From assembly GCA_965261345.1 (NCBI GenBank), contig OZ253449.1:1952001-2016000 (forward strand): a stretch of DNA of 64,000 bases, written 5' to 3'. Positions 47,948 through 57,958 of this stretch are shown here, piece by piece; within the stretch, counting starts at the first letter, position 1, and every line of letters starts with the position of its first letter. Source of the stretch: Chloroflexota bacterium (GTDB lineage: Bacteria; Chloroflexota; UBA11872; VXNJ01). A program made the translations under genes and the position numbers. The notes below the pieces were generated by a model that was not told the DNA's origin, searched no databases, and was given only the letters and a program-made list of their open reading frames with translations.

Positions 47948-49063
47948 CTATATTGCGGTCCGCCGGTGCTGGCGCAGAAATCCTGGCAGGTCCGATCCGG
48001 CTTCAGCCGCCCGGTCGCCGATTCCAAAGCCGCGCAGGCTAGATGGCGATTCGCCCCTCAAGCGGGTGGCGATTACGGTTACGAAAATATCGCGTTCGAC
48101 CTGTTCCTCAACCACCGCGCCGAAGATGATGTTGGCGTCCTCGTGAACGGCGTTGGAGATGATGCTGGCGGCTTCATTGACCTCGAAGAGGGACAGATCG
48201 TAGCCGGCGGTGAAATTTAGCAAGACGCCGCGGGCGCCATCGATCGAAGCGTCCAGCAGAGGCGATTCGAGCGCCTGCTTGACCGCCACAACCGCCCGGT
48301 TTTCGCCGGTCCCGTGACCGATTGCCATTAGCGCGGTACCCGATTTGGTCATGACCGCTCGAACGTCGTTGAAATCGAGATTGATCAGGCCAGGTTTGGT
48401 CACCAGGTCGGATATTCCCTTGATCGCCTGTCGCAGAATGTCATCTACCGCCTTGAAGGCTTCAAGCATCGGCAGGTTCTTGTCGGCGGTTTCCAATATG
48501 CGATCGTTGTGAATCGAAATCGATGTGTCTACGTGCCGCTGCAGTTCCTCTAGACCCGTTTCGGCCACCTTGGACCGGTGTGATCCTTCGAAGGAGAACG
48601 GTTGCGTAACCACCGCCACGGTGAGGATGTTCATGCTCGAGGCGATCTCGGCAACGATCGGCGCTGCCCCGGTGCCGGTGCCCCCACCCAGTCCGGTGGT
48701 TACGAACACCATATCGGCGCCCTGCAGACAGGCCGCGATCTCGTCGGCGTTCTCTTCGGCCGCCTTGGCACCGACCCTGGGGTCGCCGCCGGCGCCAAGT
48801 CCGCGGGTCGCTTTTTCGCCGATTCGAATCCGCTTAGGGGCCAGCGATCGAACCAGTGCCTGGGCGTCGGTGTTCACCGAAATGAAATCGAGGCCTTCCA
48901 GCCGGTGATTGATCATGCGATCGACCGCGTTTCCGCCGCCACCGCCGACGCCGATCACCTTGAGGTTGGCCGGATTCGGCGCGAACAGACCATCACCGGG
49001 CCCACCGGAGCCGCGACCCGATATTCGGGTAACGATATTCCCCCCGCGGGTGGCCTCAGCCAT
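47948..49063 (-). CDS. ftsZ: Cell division protein FtsZ
   Basis: GGGGGNA, GGGTGTG, NLDFND, C-terminal DLPGFLR. Confidence 0.97.
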   Translation of the reverse strand: MAEATRGGNIVTRISGRGSGGPGDGLFAPNPANLKVIGVGGGGGNAVDRMINHRLEGLDFISVNTDAQALVRSLAPKRIRIGEKATRGLGAGGDPRVGAKAAEENADEIAACLQGADMVFVTTGLGGGTGTGAAPIVAEIASSMNILTVAVVTQPFSFEGSHRSKVAETGLEELQRHVDTSISIHNDRILETADKNLPMLEAFKAVDDILRQAIKGISDLVTKPGLINLDFNDVRAVMTKSGTALMAIGHGTGENRAVVAVKQALESPLLDASIDGARGVLLNFTAGYDLSLFEVNEAASIISNAVHEDANIIFGAVVEEQVERDIFVTVIATRLRGESPSSLRGFGIGDRAAEAGSDLPGFLRQHRRTAI

Positions 49064-49178
49064 TGGTGCGCTTCAAGCCGGAACCAATTCTGGATTTAGT
49101 GTTGATGCCACGTTGCCAGCGGGCACATTTGTATGCGCATATGTTACAAGGCAACGCAAAACATTCCCCGTGTGACCA

Positions 49179-50423
49179 TCAACCGGACCAGCCGGGGTTG
49201 GGTTGAAAAAGCCCTCGTACCCAGCGTCGCAACGACTCCAACGAATCGCTGCGATCGGCGATAACCCCGACCTGCGGACGCTCGCGGTCGCCCGGTCCGA
49301 TTCCCGCCAGCGCCAGCCCCACCGCGGTCGTAAATTCCGGTCGCCGCAGACTTGGATTCATCCCGAAAAGTAACGGCGGGACTCCGCGCTGACCGGGCTT
49401 GCCCAGTGTCTGGGCCGCCAATTGAACGACCCCGGGCAACTGCGCGCCACCGCCGGTCAGGACAATCCCGGCGGCCAGGTGGTGAATCAGTCCGGCGTCG
49501 ACAAGCACCTTGCGGGCCCGTAGAAACAAGTCCTCGTACCGGGCCTCGATGATCTCGCGCAGGAACCCGGCGTCAAATTCGACTTCCCGCAAACTGAACG
49601 AAGTCGACCGCAGGGTGCTCGACGATCCCGCCACTAGATCGCCATGGGACAGCTTGAGCTCTTCGGCTACCGCCAGCGGCACGTGCAACCCCTTGGCGAT
49701 ATCGGCGGTAACCGATTCGCCGGCCACCGGAATCGAATGCATCAAGCGAAACGTTCCGTGTCTAAAAACCATCAGATCGCTGGTTGAATGACCGATGTCG
49801 AGCAACGCCACGCCGGCGTGAGTCTGCTCATCGTCAAGACAGGCGCCAGCCGCCGCGTGCGGTTGCAGCATGGCCGAATAGACCTGTGCCCGCGCTTGCC
49901 GCATCGCCTCAGCCTGGTTGTTCAATGACCCGGAAAGGCCGGTTACGATTGTTGCCGTCAATGCCAGGCGACGCCCGACAAGGCCGACCGGATTGTCCAC
50001 CCGGGCGGTTCCATCAACTACGTATTCGAGCGGGTGCAGATAGACCACCTCGCGACCGGGCTCGCGCACCGATCCGGTAAGCCGCACCAGCAACTGCTGC
50101 AGGTGGTGTCTGCGAAAACTACGTTCGTTGGCCCGCAGCAGAATCTCGGCGGTCCCGGCCATGGTTGTAAGGTGTGATCCAGCGATTCCCACGCAGATCC
50201 GTTCCACCCGGCAGGCGGCCGCCTGCTCGGCGTGCCGAATCGCAGCGCCGATCGATGCGGCCGCGGCCCCCACGTCGGTCACCTGGCCGCGAAAAATTCC
50301 CTGGCTGGGAGCGGTTCCGACCCCGAGGACGTGGGTCTGTTGATTACGGTAGCGTTCGGCGATAACCGCTACCGTTTTAAAGGATCCGATTTCAAGTCCG
50401 GCCACCGCTTGCCCGCGGGCCAT
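49179..50423 (-). CDS. ftsA: Cell division protein FtsA
   Basis: EIGSFK, LDIG, AEELKLSHG, LTGGGA; position between ftsQ and ftsZ. Confidence 0.9.
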   Translation of the reverse strand: MARGQAVAGLEIGSFKTVAVIAERYRNQQTHVLGVGTAPSQGIFRGQVTDVGAAAASIGAAIRHAEQAAACRVERICVGIAGSHLTTMAGTAEILLRANERSFRRHHLQQLLVRLTGSVREPGREVVYLHPLEYVVDGTARVDNPVGLVGRRLALTATIVTGLSGSLNNQAEAMRQARAQVYSAMLQPHAAAGACLDDEQTHAGVALLDIGHSTSDLMVFRHGTFRLMHSIPVAGESVTADIAKGLHVPLAVAEELKLSHGDLVAGSSSTLRSTSFSLREVEFDAGFLREIIEARYEDLFLRARKVLVDAGLIHHLAAGIVLTGGGAQLPGVVQLAAQTLGKPGQRGVPPLLFGMNPSLRRPEFTTAVGLALAGIGPGDRERPQVGVIADRSDSLESLRRWVRGLFQPNPGWSG

Positions 50424-51181
50424 CAACCGCCCCCCAACTGCGGCATCAACGCCCCCGATCGGGTGCGGTAGGTCGGCCGCTCGACCGGCCGCAGGTCGAC
50501 TAGGGCAAGCTGTTGCCGATCCTCGGCGGCCGCCCGGGCGACCGCGCCCAGCGCGATCAATTTCTGGTCGATCTCGCGCGGCGGACCCAGATAGATTCGC
50601 GCCCCACCGGACGTCTGGGCGATCATTCCCTCTTCCGGGACGTGTTGGATGTAGGCCAACTCCATGCCCAATCGGGTAAGGACCTGGTCAAGACGGAATC
50701 CGGTTGCGAGGACGGCCGGGTCCATCTTCCGAGGCGCCTGAGCCGATCCCGGACTGGAGAAGACCAATTCGAGCGCCGGGTCCATCCCGGGGGCAATGAC
50801 CTGGGCGTGGCGGTCGATGAGGAAGTGCGATCCGCCGACGAACCAGTTGGCCACCGCCCGGACCGGTTGCACCATGACCTCGGCGCTGCCATCGATGCGT
50901 GGCTCAACGTGGGCCCAGCTTATCTCCGGTTCGGCGCGCAGGCGATCGGAAAGGGTCCGGGACGAGATCAGGAAGATGTTGCCTTGCTCGCGGAAAGCCC
51001 GTGCGATCGGGGCAGCTGAAATCGAAACGCTGCCCGGGCCACCGGCGATTATCGCGGCGTCGATCTGGCGGATCCGAAACTGCGGGGCGGTCAGCAACCA
51101 GACCAGGATCGCGGCCATTGCCAGCGCGGCGCTTAGGGCCAGCCAGCGAGCCTGGTGGGCGGCGACGAATCTGATGATCAT
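50423..51181 (-). CDS. ftsQ: FtsQ/DivIB-like cell division protein
   Basis: N-terminal TM helix, POTRA-like region, VDLR near the C-terminus; synteny. Confidence 0.72.
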   Translation of the reverse strand: MIIRFVAAHQARWLALSAALAMAAILVWLLTAPQFRIRQIDAAIIAGGPGSVSISAAPIARAFREQGNIFLISSRTLSDRLRAEPEISWAHVEPRIDGSAEVMVQPVRAVANWFVGGSHFLIDRHAQVIAPGMDPALELVFSSPGSAQAPRKMDPAVLATGFRLDQVLTRLGMELAYIQHVPEEGMIAQTSGGARIYLGPPREIDQKLIALGAVARAAAEDRQQLALVDLRPVERPTYRTRSGALMPQLGGG

Positions 51182-52116
51182 CGACGGCCGCCGCCCCGGT
51201 CGCCAAAACCTTCACCGATCAGCTTGATCTCCGGCTCCAGGGTGATCCCGGTTCGAGATTTGACTCGGTCCCGGACCAGCTCCATTAACTCGACCACCTC
51301 GGCGGCACGGGCTCCGCCGCAATTGATGATGAAATTGGCATGGCGGGTGGAAACCTGGGCCGCCCCGACCTGGGTTCCCTTCAGGCCGGCCGCGTCGATC
51401 AGGCGTCCAGCAAAGTCCCCGTCTGGGTTCTTAAAGATCGATCCTGCGCTCTGCCGCGCCGGCTGGCTGCTCCGCCGCGTGATCGCGACCTGCCGCATGC
51501 GCCCAGCTATCGTGGCACGATCGCACAGGTACCCCTCCATGGTCGCGGACACGACCACCGCCGGAACCGGCCCGATCTGAAGGCCCGAGCAACGGTAGCC
51601 CAATCCCAATTCGCCCGCCGTTTGCACCGTTAGCTGATCGGGCCGCCAAATCGTGGCGTCCCTCAAAACGGTTGCTGTATCAGAGCCGAAGCACCCAGCA
51701 TTACCTACTACCGAGCCGCCAACCGTGCCGGGTATACCCACTGCGAACTCGAACCCAGCAATTCCCTGTTCGGCCGCAAACTGGGCCAGTTGCCCCATCA
51801 TTGCCCCCGACTCGGCCTGGATTCGGCCGGGACCCTGCAAGCTGATCGACCGCGCGCGATTGACGATCACCAGGCCCGAAATCCCTGCATCGCCGATAAG
51901 CACGTTTGAGGCGTTGCCTAACACGGTGACCGGAAGCCGATTAAACCAAGCCACCTCCAGCAGACCAGTTAGTTGCCCAGCGCTTTCGACCCGGGCCAGA
52001 TACTGTGCCTTACCGCCAATTCGAAAGTAGGTCTGATCGGCCAGCTCAGCGCCTTGGGTGACCATTGATCCGGAGGGCCAGTTTGGTTTTAGTGTGCCCA
52101 CTGCGTTCGCAGCCAA
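51178..52116 (-). CDS. murB: UDP-N-acetylmuramate dehydrogenase
   Basis: FRIGG, GIPGTVGG, SAGSIFKNP, HANF, LEPE. Confidence 0.93.
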   Translation of the reverse strand: MAANAVGTLKPNWPSGSMVTQGAELADQTYFRIGGKAQYLARVESAGQLTGLLEVAWFNRLPVTVLGNASNVLIGDAGISGLVIVNRARSISLQGPGRIQAESGAMMGQLAQFAAEQGIAGFEFAVGIPGTVGGSVVGNAGCFGSDTATVLRDATIWRPDQLTVQTAGELGLGYRCSGLQIGPVPAVVVSATMEGYLCDRATIAGRMRQVAITRRSSQPARQSAGSIFKNPDGDFAGRLIDAAGLKGTQVGAAQVSTRHANFIINCGGARAAEVVELMELVRDRVKSRTGITLEPEIKLIGEGFGDRGGGRR

Positions 52117-53483
52117 TCGGCCAACCGGCCGGACAGTTTGATCACGTCGCCGGCCCCCAAGACCAGGATCAGATCGCCACGTTTAGCCGCGGCCGCAATC
52201 TGGGTGAAGGCCTGTTCGAAGTCGGCGCAGGCCTCGGCCCGTTCACCTACCGCCTGGGCTAGATCCTTTGCGCTGACGGAATGCTCGCGGTCGCGCCCCG
52301 GGGGCGAATAAATATGGCAGACGGTGACCTTATCGGCTCCGACCAGGGCGCTGGCGAACTGAGCAAACAGGGCGGCGGTGCGTGAGCGCAGGTGCGGCTG
52401 AAAAACCACCCACAATCGCGATGCCGGCGGGTCCAATTCACGGGCGGCGGCGATCGCCGCCGCGATCTCGGTGGGATGGTGGGCGTAGTCGTCAATCAGG
52501 GTGATTCCCCCGGCCCTGGCGGCCAGCGCAAAACGCCGGTCGGTGCCGGAAAACTCAGCCAGCGCCGACAGAGTGGCCGCCGGGTCGATCGCCTGCTCGG
52601 CCAGCGCGGCGGTGGCCGCCAGGGCGTTGAGGGCGTTGTGCTGGCCGGGAACTTGCAGCCGCCCGGTCAGGGTAGTCCCGGCGGGGGTGCGGATGGATAT
52701 TAGTTGGCCAAACCCGCTGGGTCGTCGGTTGATTAGCTGCCAGGTTCCATTCATTCCGAAGCTGACCACCCTGGCCCGGGCGGTTGCGACCGCCTCGGCC
52801 ACCGCGGCGATCTCGGTCCGGGCAATCAACGTGCCCCCGGCCGGCACCGTTGCGGCGAATTGGGCGAACGCGGCCCGCAGCTGTTCCCAGCTGCCGTACA
52901 GGTCAAGATGGTCGATTTCGAGGTGCCCGATGATTGCCGATTGCGGATCGTAGGCCAAAAAGGCACGGGCGTATTCGTCGGCTTCGACCACCGCCAGCGG
53001 TCCGCTTCCCCAGGCTGCATTGCGGGAAAGCTGGGGAACCTGGGCGCCGATTAGGTAAGTCGGCAGGTGCCCGAGGCGGACGAGCGCGAAGCTGGCCATC
53101 GCCGCGGTGGTCGTCTTACCGTGGGTACCGGCAACCGCGATCGTTCTTTTCGCGGCCAGCAGCGAGGCGATGAACTGGGCTCGGTCCAGCAGCAGCAACC
53201 CCCGCTCTCGGGCGGCGACCAGCTCGGGATTGCCGGGACCGATTGCGGCTGAATAGACCAACAACCCGGTTCCATTGACGTTTTCGGCGGCGTGGCCGAT
53301 GCTGACCTTTACTCCCTGGCTGGCCAGCCGGTCGGTATAGGGTGAGGACTCCAGGTCCGAGCCGCTTACGCGCGCATTGCGGTCAAGGGCGATTTGGGCA
53401 ATCGCGCTCATTGCCATTCCGCCGATTCCCACTATGTGAATTGGTGGCGGATTCTGCCAATCGATCGTGGCCAGAGGAGTCAT
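52089..53483 (-). CDS. murC: UDP-N-acetylmuramate--L-alanine ligase
   Basis: GIGGMAMS, GTHGKTTT, EADE, DDYAHHPTEI, FQPH. Confidence 0.94.
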   Translation of the reverse strand: MTPLATIDWQNPPPIHIVGIGGMAMSAIAQIALDRNARVSGSDLESSPYTDRLASQGVKVSIGHAAENVNGTGLLVYSAAIGPGNPELVAARERGLLLLDRAQFIASLLAAKRTIAVAGTHGKTTTAAMASFALVRLGHLPTYLIGAQVPQLSRNAAWGSGPLAVVEADEYARAFLAYDPQSAIIGHLEIDHLDLYGSWEQLRAAFAQFAATVPAGGTLIARTEIAAVAEAVATARARVVSFGMNGTWQLINRRPSGFGQLISIRTPAGTTLTGRLQVPGQHNALNALAATAALAEQAIDPAATLSALAEFSGTDRRFALAARAGGITLIDDYAHHPTEIAAAIAAARELDPPASRLWVVFQPHLRSRTAALFAQFASALVGADKVTVCHIYSPPGRDREHSVSAKDLAQAVGERAEACADFEQAFTQIAAAAKRGDLILVLGAGDVIKLSGRLADWLRTQWAH

Positions 53484-54568
53484 CGGTGCCGTGCCAACAG
53501 TTGCAGTTGCTCGGCGACGGTCTCGGCCGCCCTTGGGATCGCGAGGCGCCCGGCCGCGCTTCCCATGACCGCCAGGCGGCCACGATCGGCGAGCAGCCCG
53601 GCAATCGCCGGCGCCAGCTCGCCAAGGCGGTCTTGGTCCAGGATCTGGGCCGCTCCCGCTTCGGCGAAGGCTAGTGCGTTTTCGGCTTGATGGCCTCCGG
53701 CAAATGTCCCGGGTACCAGGATCGCCGGTGTGGCGGTTGCGGCAAATTCGGCCAGGGCCCCGGCTCCGGCTCGGCTAACGACCAAGTCGGCGGCCGAAAG
53801 CAGGTCGGCATACCAGCGGCCAACGAATGCAAATGGGTGGTAGCGTTGGGCGTGGAGATGGGACAGACCAGCCCGCGCGCTGACCGCCGCGCAATATCCG
53901 GCGGATCCGGTGATGTGGACCAGCTGGATTACATCCAGGATTTCAGACAGCGCCTCGGCCACCGCTTCATTTATGGCGCTGGCACCCTGGCTTCCGCCGA
54001 CCACCAGCAGCAACCGGTCGGTCCGCCCTATGCCCAGCTCCTCCTTGGCCGCCAGCGGATCGGGGTTGAGAAATTGGCCGCGCAACGGCAACCCGCAGAC
54101 GATGGCCGACTTTCCTCCATTGCCATCGCCGCGCCGGGCGACCCGGCCTACGCACGTGGCCAACCCGGTCTGCAGCCGCACCGCCAGCCCGGGCTTTGTA
54201 TCAAGGTCAAGTAGGAACAGCGGCCGGCCGAAGATTCGAGCGGCCAGCGCCCCGGGTATGGATGGATATCCGCCGGTGCTGAGGGCGACCTGCGGATTAA
54301 AGGCGATCACCGCTGGCAACGCCGCCAGCAGCGCCGCTAGGTTGCGGGCCAAATTGAGCGGGATCTTCCAGCCGGGAATGCCCGCGAGCGGCGCAGATGG
54401 CAGCCTGCGGAGGGCGATCCCACTTTCGACAAAGAGCCGATCGGCAGGGCGACGGCCGGCCAAGGCCAGGATTTCCAAGCCCGGATTGCTCGCGCGCAGC
54501 CGCTCGATAACCGCCAGGGCCGGCATTACGTGGCCGGCGGTACCGCCGGCGCACACCAGCAGCCGCAT
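53480..54568 (-). CDS. murG: Lipid II GlcNAc transferase
   Basis: GGTAGH, TGGY, GGSQGA, SRAGA, HQAENA. Confidence 0.93.
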   Translation of the reverse strand: MRLLVCAGGTAGHVMPALAVIERLRASNPGLEILALAGRRPADRLFVESGIALRRLPSAPLAGIPGWKIPLNLARNLAALLAALPAVIAFNPQVALSTGGYPSIPGALAARIFGRPLFLLDLDTKPGLAVRLQTGLATCVGRVARRGDGNGGKSAIVCGLPLRGQFLNPDPLAAKEELGIGRTDRLLLVVGGSQGASAINEAVAEALSEILDVIQLVHITGSAGYCAAVSARAGLSHLHAQRYHPFAFVGRWYADLLSAADLVVSRAGAGALAEFAATATPAILVPGTFAGGHQAENALAFAEAGAAQILDQDRLGELAPAIAGLLADRGRLAVMGSAAGRLAIPRAAETVAEQLQLLARHR

Positions 54569-55716
54569 TAGATTTCACGCAGGCGGGTGCTGCGGGCAAC
54601 GTTGAGCAAGATCCCCAGCATCACCATCGTAAAAATATGTGAGGTGCCTCCGGCCGATATGAGCGGCAACGGCAGCCCGGTTACCGGGGCCAAACCGGTA
54701 TTTACCAACATGTTCAGCAGCGCCTGGGCCACAATCGATGTCGTAATCCCGGCCGCCAAGGCTGAACCCAGGAGGTCTGGAGCCCGCGCCGCGTGATATA
54801 GCCCGCGAAAGAGCAGCAGCACGAAAGCGGCCAGTACCCCGCCGGTTCCAATCAGCCCCAATTCCTCGCCAATTACGGCAAAAATCGAATCCGAGGTGGA
54901 GACCGGCAGGTACAGGTACTTGATCGTGCCCATGCCGATGCCCTTGCCGGTCAGTCCGCCCGATCCCAGCGCCAGCGCAGACTGCTGGACCTGATAGTTG
55001 GCGCCGGCCAGTCCGGCTTCCGGATTTAGGAATGCGGCAATCCGTGCGAGTTGGTAATCCAGGTCGCGAAAGATGAAGATGATTGCCACCACCACCACCA
55101 CCACCAGGGTTGCCAGGGCGATGTAGCGCACCGGCACACCGGCGCTAAAGCTCACCGCCAGGGCGGCGACCACCATCATTAGGGCGGTCGAAAGGTCCGG
55201 CTGGATCATCACCAACAGAATCGGCAGGCCGGCCACGGTTCCGCCTAGAAGACAAACCCTAAAGTTTGCCAACTGGTCGCGGTTGGCAAACAGGAAGGAA
55301 CTGAGCGCTGCGATCAGGGTCACCTTCGCCAATTCCGACGGCTGGAAGGTGAGGCCGCCGAACTCAAACCAGCGGGCCGAAAAAGTGTCGGTTAATAGGC
55401 CGAAGGCCAACACCGCCAGAAGGCCGCAGAGGGTTAGCGCGAAGAGGCCCTGCCAGTGTTTGACGATCAGATGGTAGTCAATCAGGGAAACCGTCAATAG
55501 GGTCGCGTAGCCTGCCAGTACGATTCCCAGCTGCTTTACGATCGCCGAATTGATCAACCCGGATTCGGGCGGTGTGAACGGCATATTGGCGCTGGCAATC
55601 ATGACCATCCCGACCAGGGGTATGACGACCGCCAGGGCCAGGATCCAGAAATCATTGGCCGGCCAGGTCAATTCTTCCCACGGCAGGACCCTGGATGGCC
55701 GAAGCGAGTCATTCAT
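54568..55716 (-). CDS. ftsW: FtsW/RodA/SpoVE peptidoglycan polymerase
   Basis: RW, FQPSELAK, QPDL, IGEELG, GLPLPLISAGG. Confidence 0.9.
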   Translation of the reverse strand: MNDSLRPSRVLPWEELTWPANDFWILALAVVIPLVGMVMIASANMPFTPPESGLINSAIVKQLGIVLAGYATLLTVSLIDYHLIVKHWQGLFALTLCGLLAVLAFGLLTDTFSARWFEFGGLTFQPSELAKVTLIAALSSFLFANRDQLANFRVCLLGGTVAGLPILLVMIQPDLSTALMMVVAALAVSFSAGVPVRYIALATLVVVVVVAIIFIFRDLDYQLARIAAFLNPEAGLAGANYQVQQSALALGSGGLTGKGIGMGTIKYLYLPVSTSDSIFAVIGEELGLIGTGGVLAAFVLLLFRGLYHAARAPDLLGSALAAGITTSIVAQALLNMLVNTGLAPVTGLPLPLISAGGTSHIFTMVMLGILLNVARSTRLREI

Positions 55717-55718
55717 CG

Positions 55719-57458
55719 TTATTCGGCCTTGGCCGGGATTCCCAGGAGGGGAAACACCGTTTCGACAACCTCATTGAAAACGGGCGAGGCCACCTCATAG
55801 GCCCAGCGACCCTGGCCTGGGGCGTCTATTTTTACGACTACCAGAGCTTGTGGCGCCCGCATCGGTCCGAAGCCGACATAGCTGGGGATGGTCGTGTCCG
55901 TGGAGTAACCGGAACTGATCGGCACCTCGGTTGTGGCGGTCTTGCCAACCGTGTCATAGCGTAACGAGACCGCCGGATTTCCTGCTATCGAGCGTTCGGC
56001 ACTGTACATCATCGCAACCAGGCGGGCCGCGGTCGAAGGTTGAATGGCCTGCCTTAGAACCTCCGGTCGGGTGAATTCGACTAAACCGTCGGGTTCAATT
56101 ACCGCGCGCACCGCCCGCGGCCTGAGCAGTTTGCCGCCGTTGGCAATCGCCGACATGGCCATCGCCACTTGGATAGGCGTAATGGCCAGGCCCTGACCGA
56201 AGGAATTGGCGGCTAGATCGCCCTTGTACCAGCCCGATTGGCCGACCATCCGAACGATTCCACCAACTTCGCCAGCCAAGTCCACACCGGAGGGCCGTCC
56301 GATGCCAAATGCCCGCAGATATTCATAGAAGCGCTCCGGGCCAAGCTGATTGGCAACCCACACCGCCCCGGTATTGGAGGAGTGGCGCAGTACCGAGGTC
56401 ATGTCCTGGTTGGGGTAGGTCTTCCCGTCCCAGTTAGAGATTTCGAGCCCGCCATATATGATCTGGCCCGGAAAATCGTGCTTGGTCGTGGGTTCAATCA
56501 CTCCGGCATCTAGGGCCGCCGCCATAGTGATCAGCTTGAACGTTGATCCGGGTTCCCAAACCAGCTGGACCGCACTATTGAGAAACTGCGGACCAATTTC
56601 GGTGTAGTCGGACAACCGGTCGGGGTCGAAATCCGGTCGGTTGGCCATCGCCAGGATTGAACCGTTGCGGGGGTCAACGATGAGGATGCTGCCGCTGTTG
56701 GACTGATACTGCTCAAGGGCCGCCCGCAGGATCGCTTCGGTCTTTAACTGGATTCGGCGATCAATCGTCAGTTGGACCGCCGCCCCGGCCTGGGATACGC
56801 TAACGATCGACCGGCCGACCGGGATCGGCCGTCCCAGCGGGTCCCGGTCGGCGATCACCCGCCCGGGCCGGCCGCGCAGGCGCTCGTCGTAATAGGATTC
56901 GATTCCGGCTCGACCGGTGTTTTGCCCGTCCACAAAGCCCAGAATGTGCGATGCCAGGTGACGCGAAGGGTAGCGCCGGCGCTGCTGGCTCTCGATTTGA
57001 AGGCCGCCGCCGCGACCGTTTTGAATGTCCTCCCGCAGAGGGGCCAGGAGCTCCGGATCCAAGTCGCTGGCCAGCACTGAATAGAGCGATTCGCGATCGG
57101 GCATGGCTCGTTCCAGGCCGGCGCGTGGGATACCGGTGCGCTCGGCAACCAGGTCCAGACTGGCCCGCAGGTCCGCGTCATGCAGTACGCCGGGTGAGGC
57201 GATCACGCGCTCGGTCAGGTAGGAGGTTGCCATCAATTGGCCGCGGGTGTCGAGAATGTCGCCCCGCCGCGCCGCCAGGACACTGTCGGCCCGCAACTGC
57301 AGCCGAGCGTCGGCCGCGTGGCGATTCTTGTCAAGGACCTGAATCCTGACCAGGGCTGAGGTTACCGCCCCGGCGAGGAGTAGGTTGGCGCCGCCCAGGA
57401 GCAGCAAGCGGCGTGAAAGCCAGGGGGCGGGACCGCGCTCGGGCGGGCTTTCATTCAC
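55719..57458 (-). CDS. ftsI: Class B penicillin-binding protein (FtsI-like)
   Basis: RGDILD, RRYP, EPGSTFK (SxxK), SSN (SxN); third motif reads KTA. Confidence 0.88.
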   Translation of the reverse strand: MNESPPERGPAPWLSRRLLLLGGANLLLAGAVTSALVRIQVLDKNRHAADARLQLRADSVLAARRGDILDTRGQLMATSYLTERVIASPGVLHDADLRASLDLVAERTGIPRAGLERAMPDRESLYSVLASDLDPELLAPLREDIQNGRGGGLQIESQQRRRYPSRHLASHILGFVDGQNTGRAGIESYYDERLRGRPGRVIADRDPLGRPIPVGRSIVSVSQAGAAVQLTIDRRIQLKTEAILRAALEQYQSNSGSILIVDPRNGSILAMANRPDFDPDRLSDYTEIGPQFLNSAVQLVWEPGSTFKLITMAAALDAGVIEPTTKHDFPGQIIYGGLEISNWDGKTYPNQDMTSVLRHSSNTGAVWVANQLGPERFYEYLRAFGIGRPSGVDLAGEVGGIVRMVGQSGWYKGDLAANSFGQGLAITPIQVAMAMSAIANGGKLLRPRAVRAVIEPDGLVEFTRPEVLRQAIQPSTAARLVAMMYSAERSIAGNPAVSLRYDTVGKTATTEVPISSGYSTDTTIPSYVGFGPMRAPQALVVVKIDAPGQGRWAYEVASPVFNEVVETVFPLLGIPAKAE

Positions 57459-57951
57459 CCAACGCGCTCCGAAAGGCCGAATTTAGGAACTGGCCGGCCG
57501 ACTGCCAAATTCGTTGATGCCACTTGGTAAGGGTTGGCGGGGCCGGGTCCCGCCATTCAGGGTCTGAAAAACCAACCGGCGGCGGATTGGCGATGACCGT
57601 CACTGATTCGGCAGCCGGTTCAACCATTCCCAATTCGAGCGCCCGCTGCTCAATCTCGATTAGATTGGAGGCGGTCGCGGCCTTGGTGGTCAGCCCCAAC
57701 TGGACGCCCTGGGCGCGCGTCAGATCGCGTTCCAGCTCGTCCACGGTGGCGATTCGCTGGGCCTGCAATTGGATCTGCAGGACCAGAAACATCGCCAACA
57801 GAAATGTTGCCAGAAGACCAGCCAGGAACGCCGGTCCGGGTCCCAGCCGCAGCCCGGTGGCGCGAATTTTGCCCAATAAGACGGCGAGGCGACGGGTTCG
57901 GACCGAACCCGTCGGTCCGGCGATGCGGGCTCCGAAATGGACGACAACCAT
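57451..57951 (-). CDS. FtsL-like cell division protein
   Basis: Single TM helix, coiled coil and IEQRALELGM; lies between rsmH and ftsI. Confidence 0.65.
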   Translation of the reverse strand: MVVVHFGARIAGPTGSVRTRRLAVLLGKIRATGLRLGPGPAFLAGLLATFLLAMFLVLQIQLQAQRIATVDELERDLTRAQGVQLGLTTKAATASNLIEIEQRALELGMVEPAAESVTVIANPPPVGFSDPEWRDPAPPTLTKWHQRIWQSAGQFLNSAFRSALGE

Positions 57952-57958
57952 GGTTTTA

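Noticed and set aside
49064-49178. Possible promoter or hairpin between ftsA and ftsZ
   Set aside because: Only short imperfect symmetry and weak promoter matches
55086-55106. (CCA)7 simple repeat in ftsW
   Set aside because: In-frame trinucleotide run encoding a poly-Val TM segment; not a phase-variation tract
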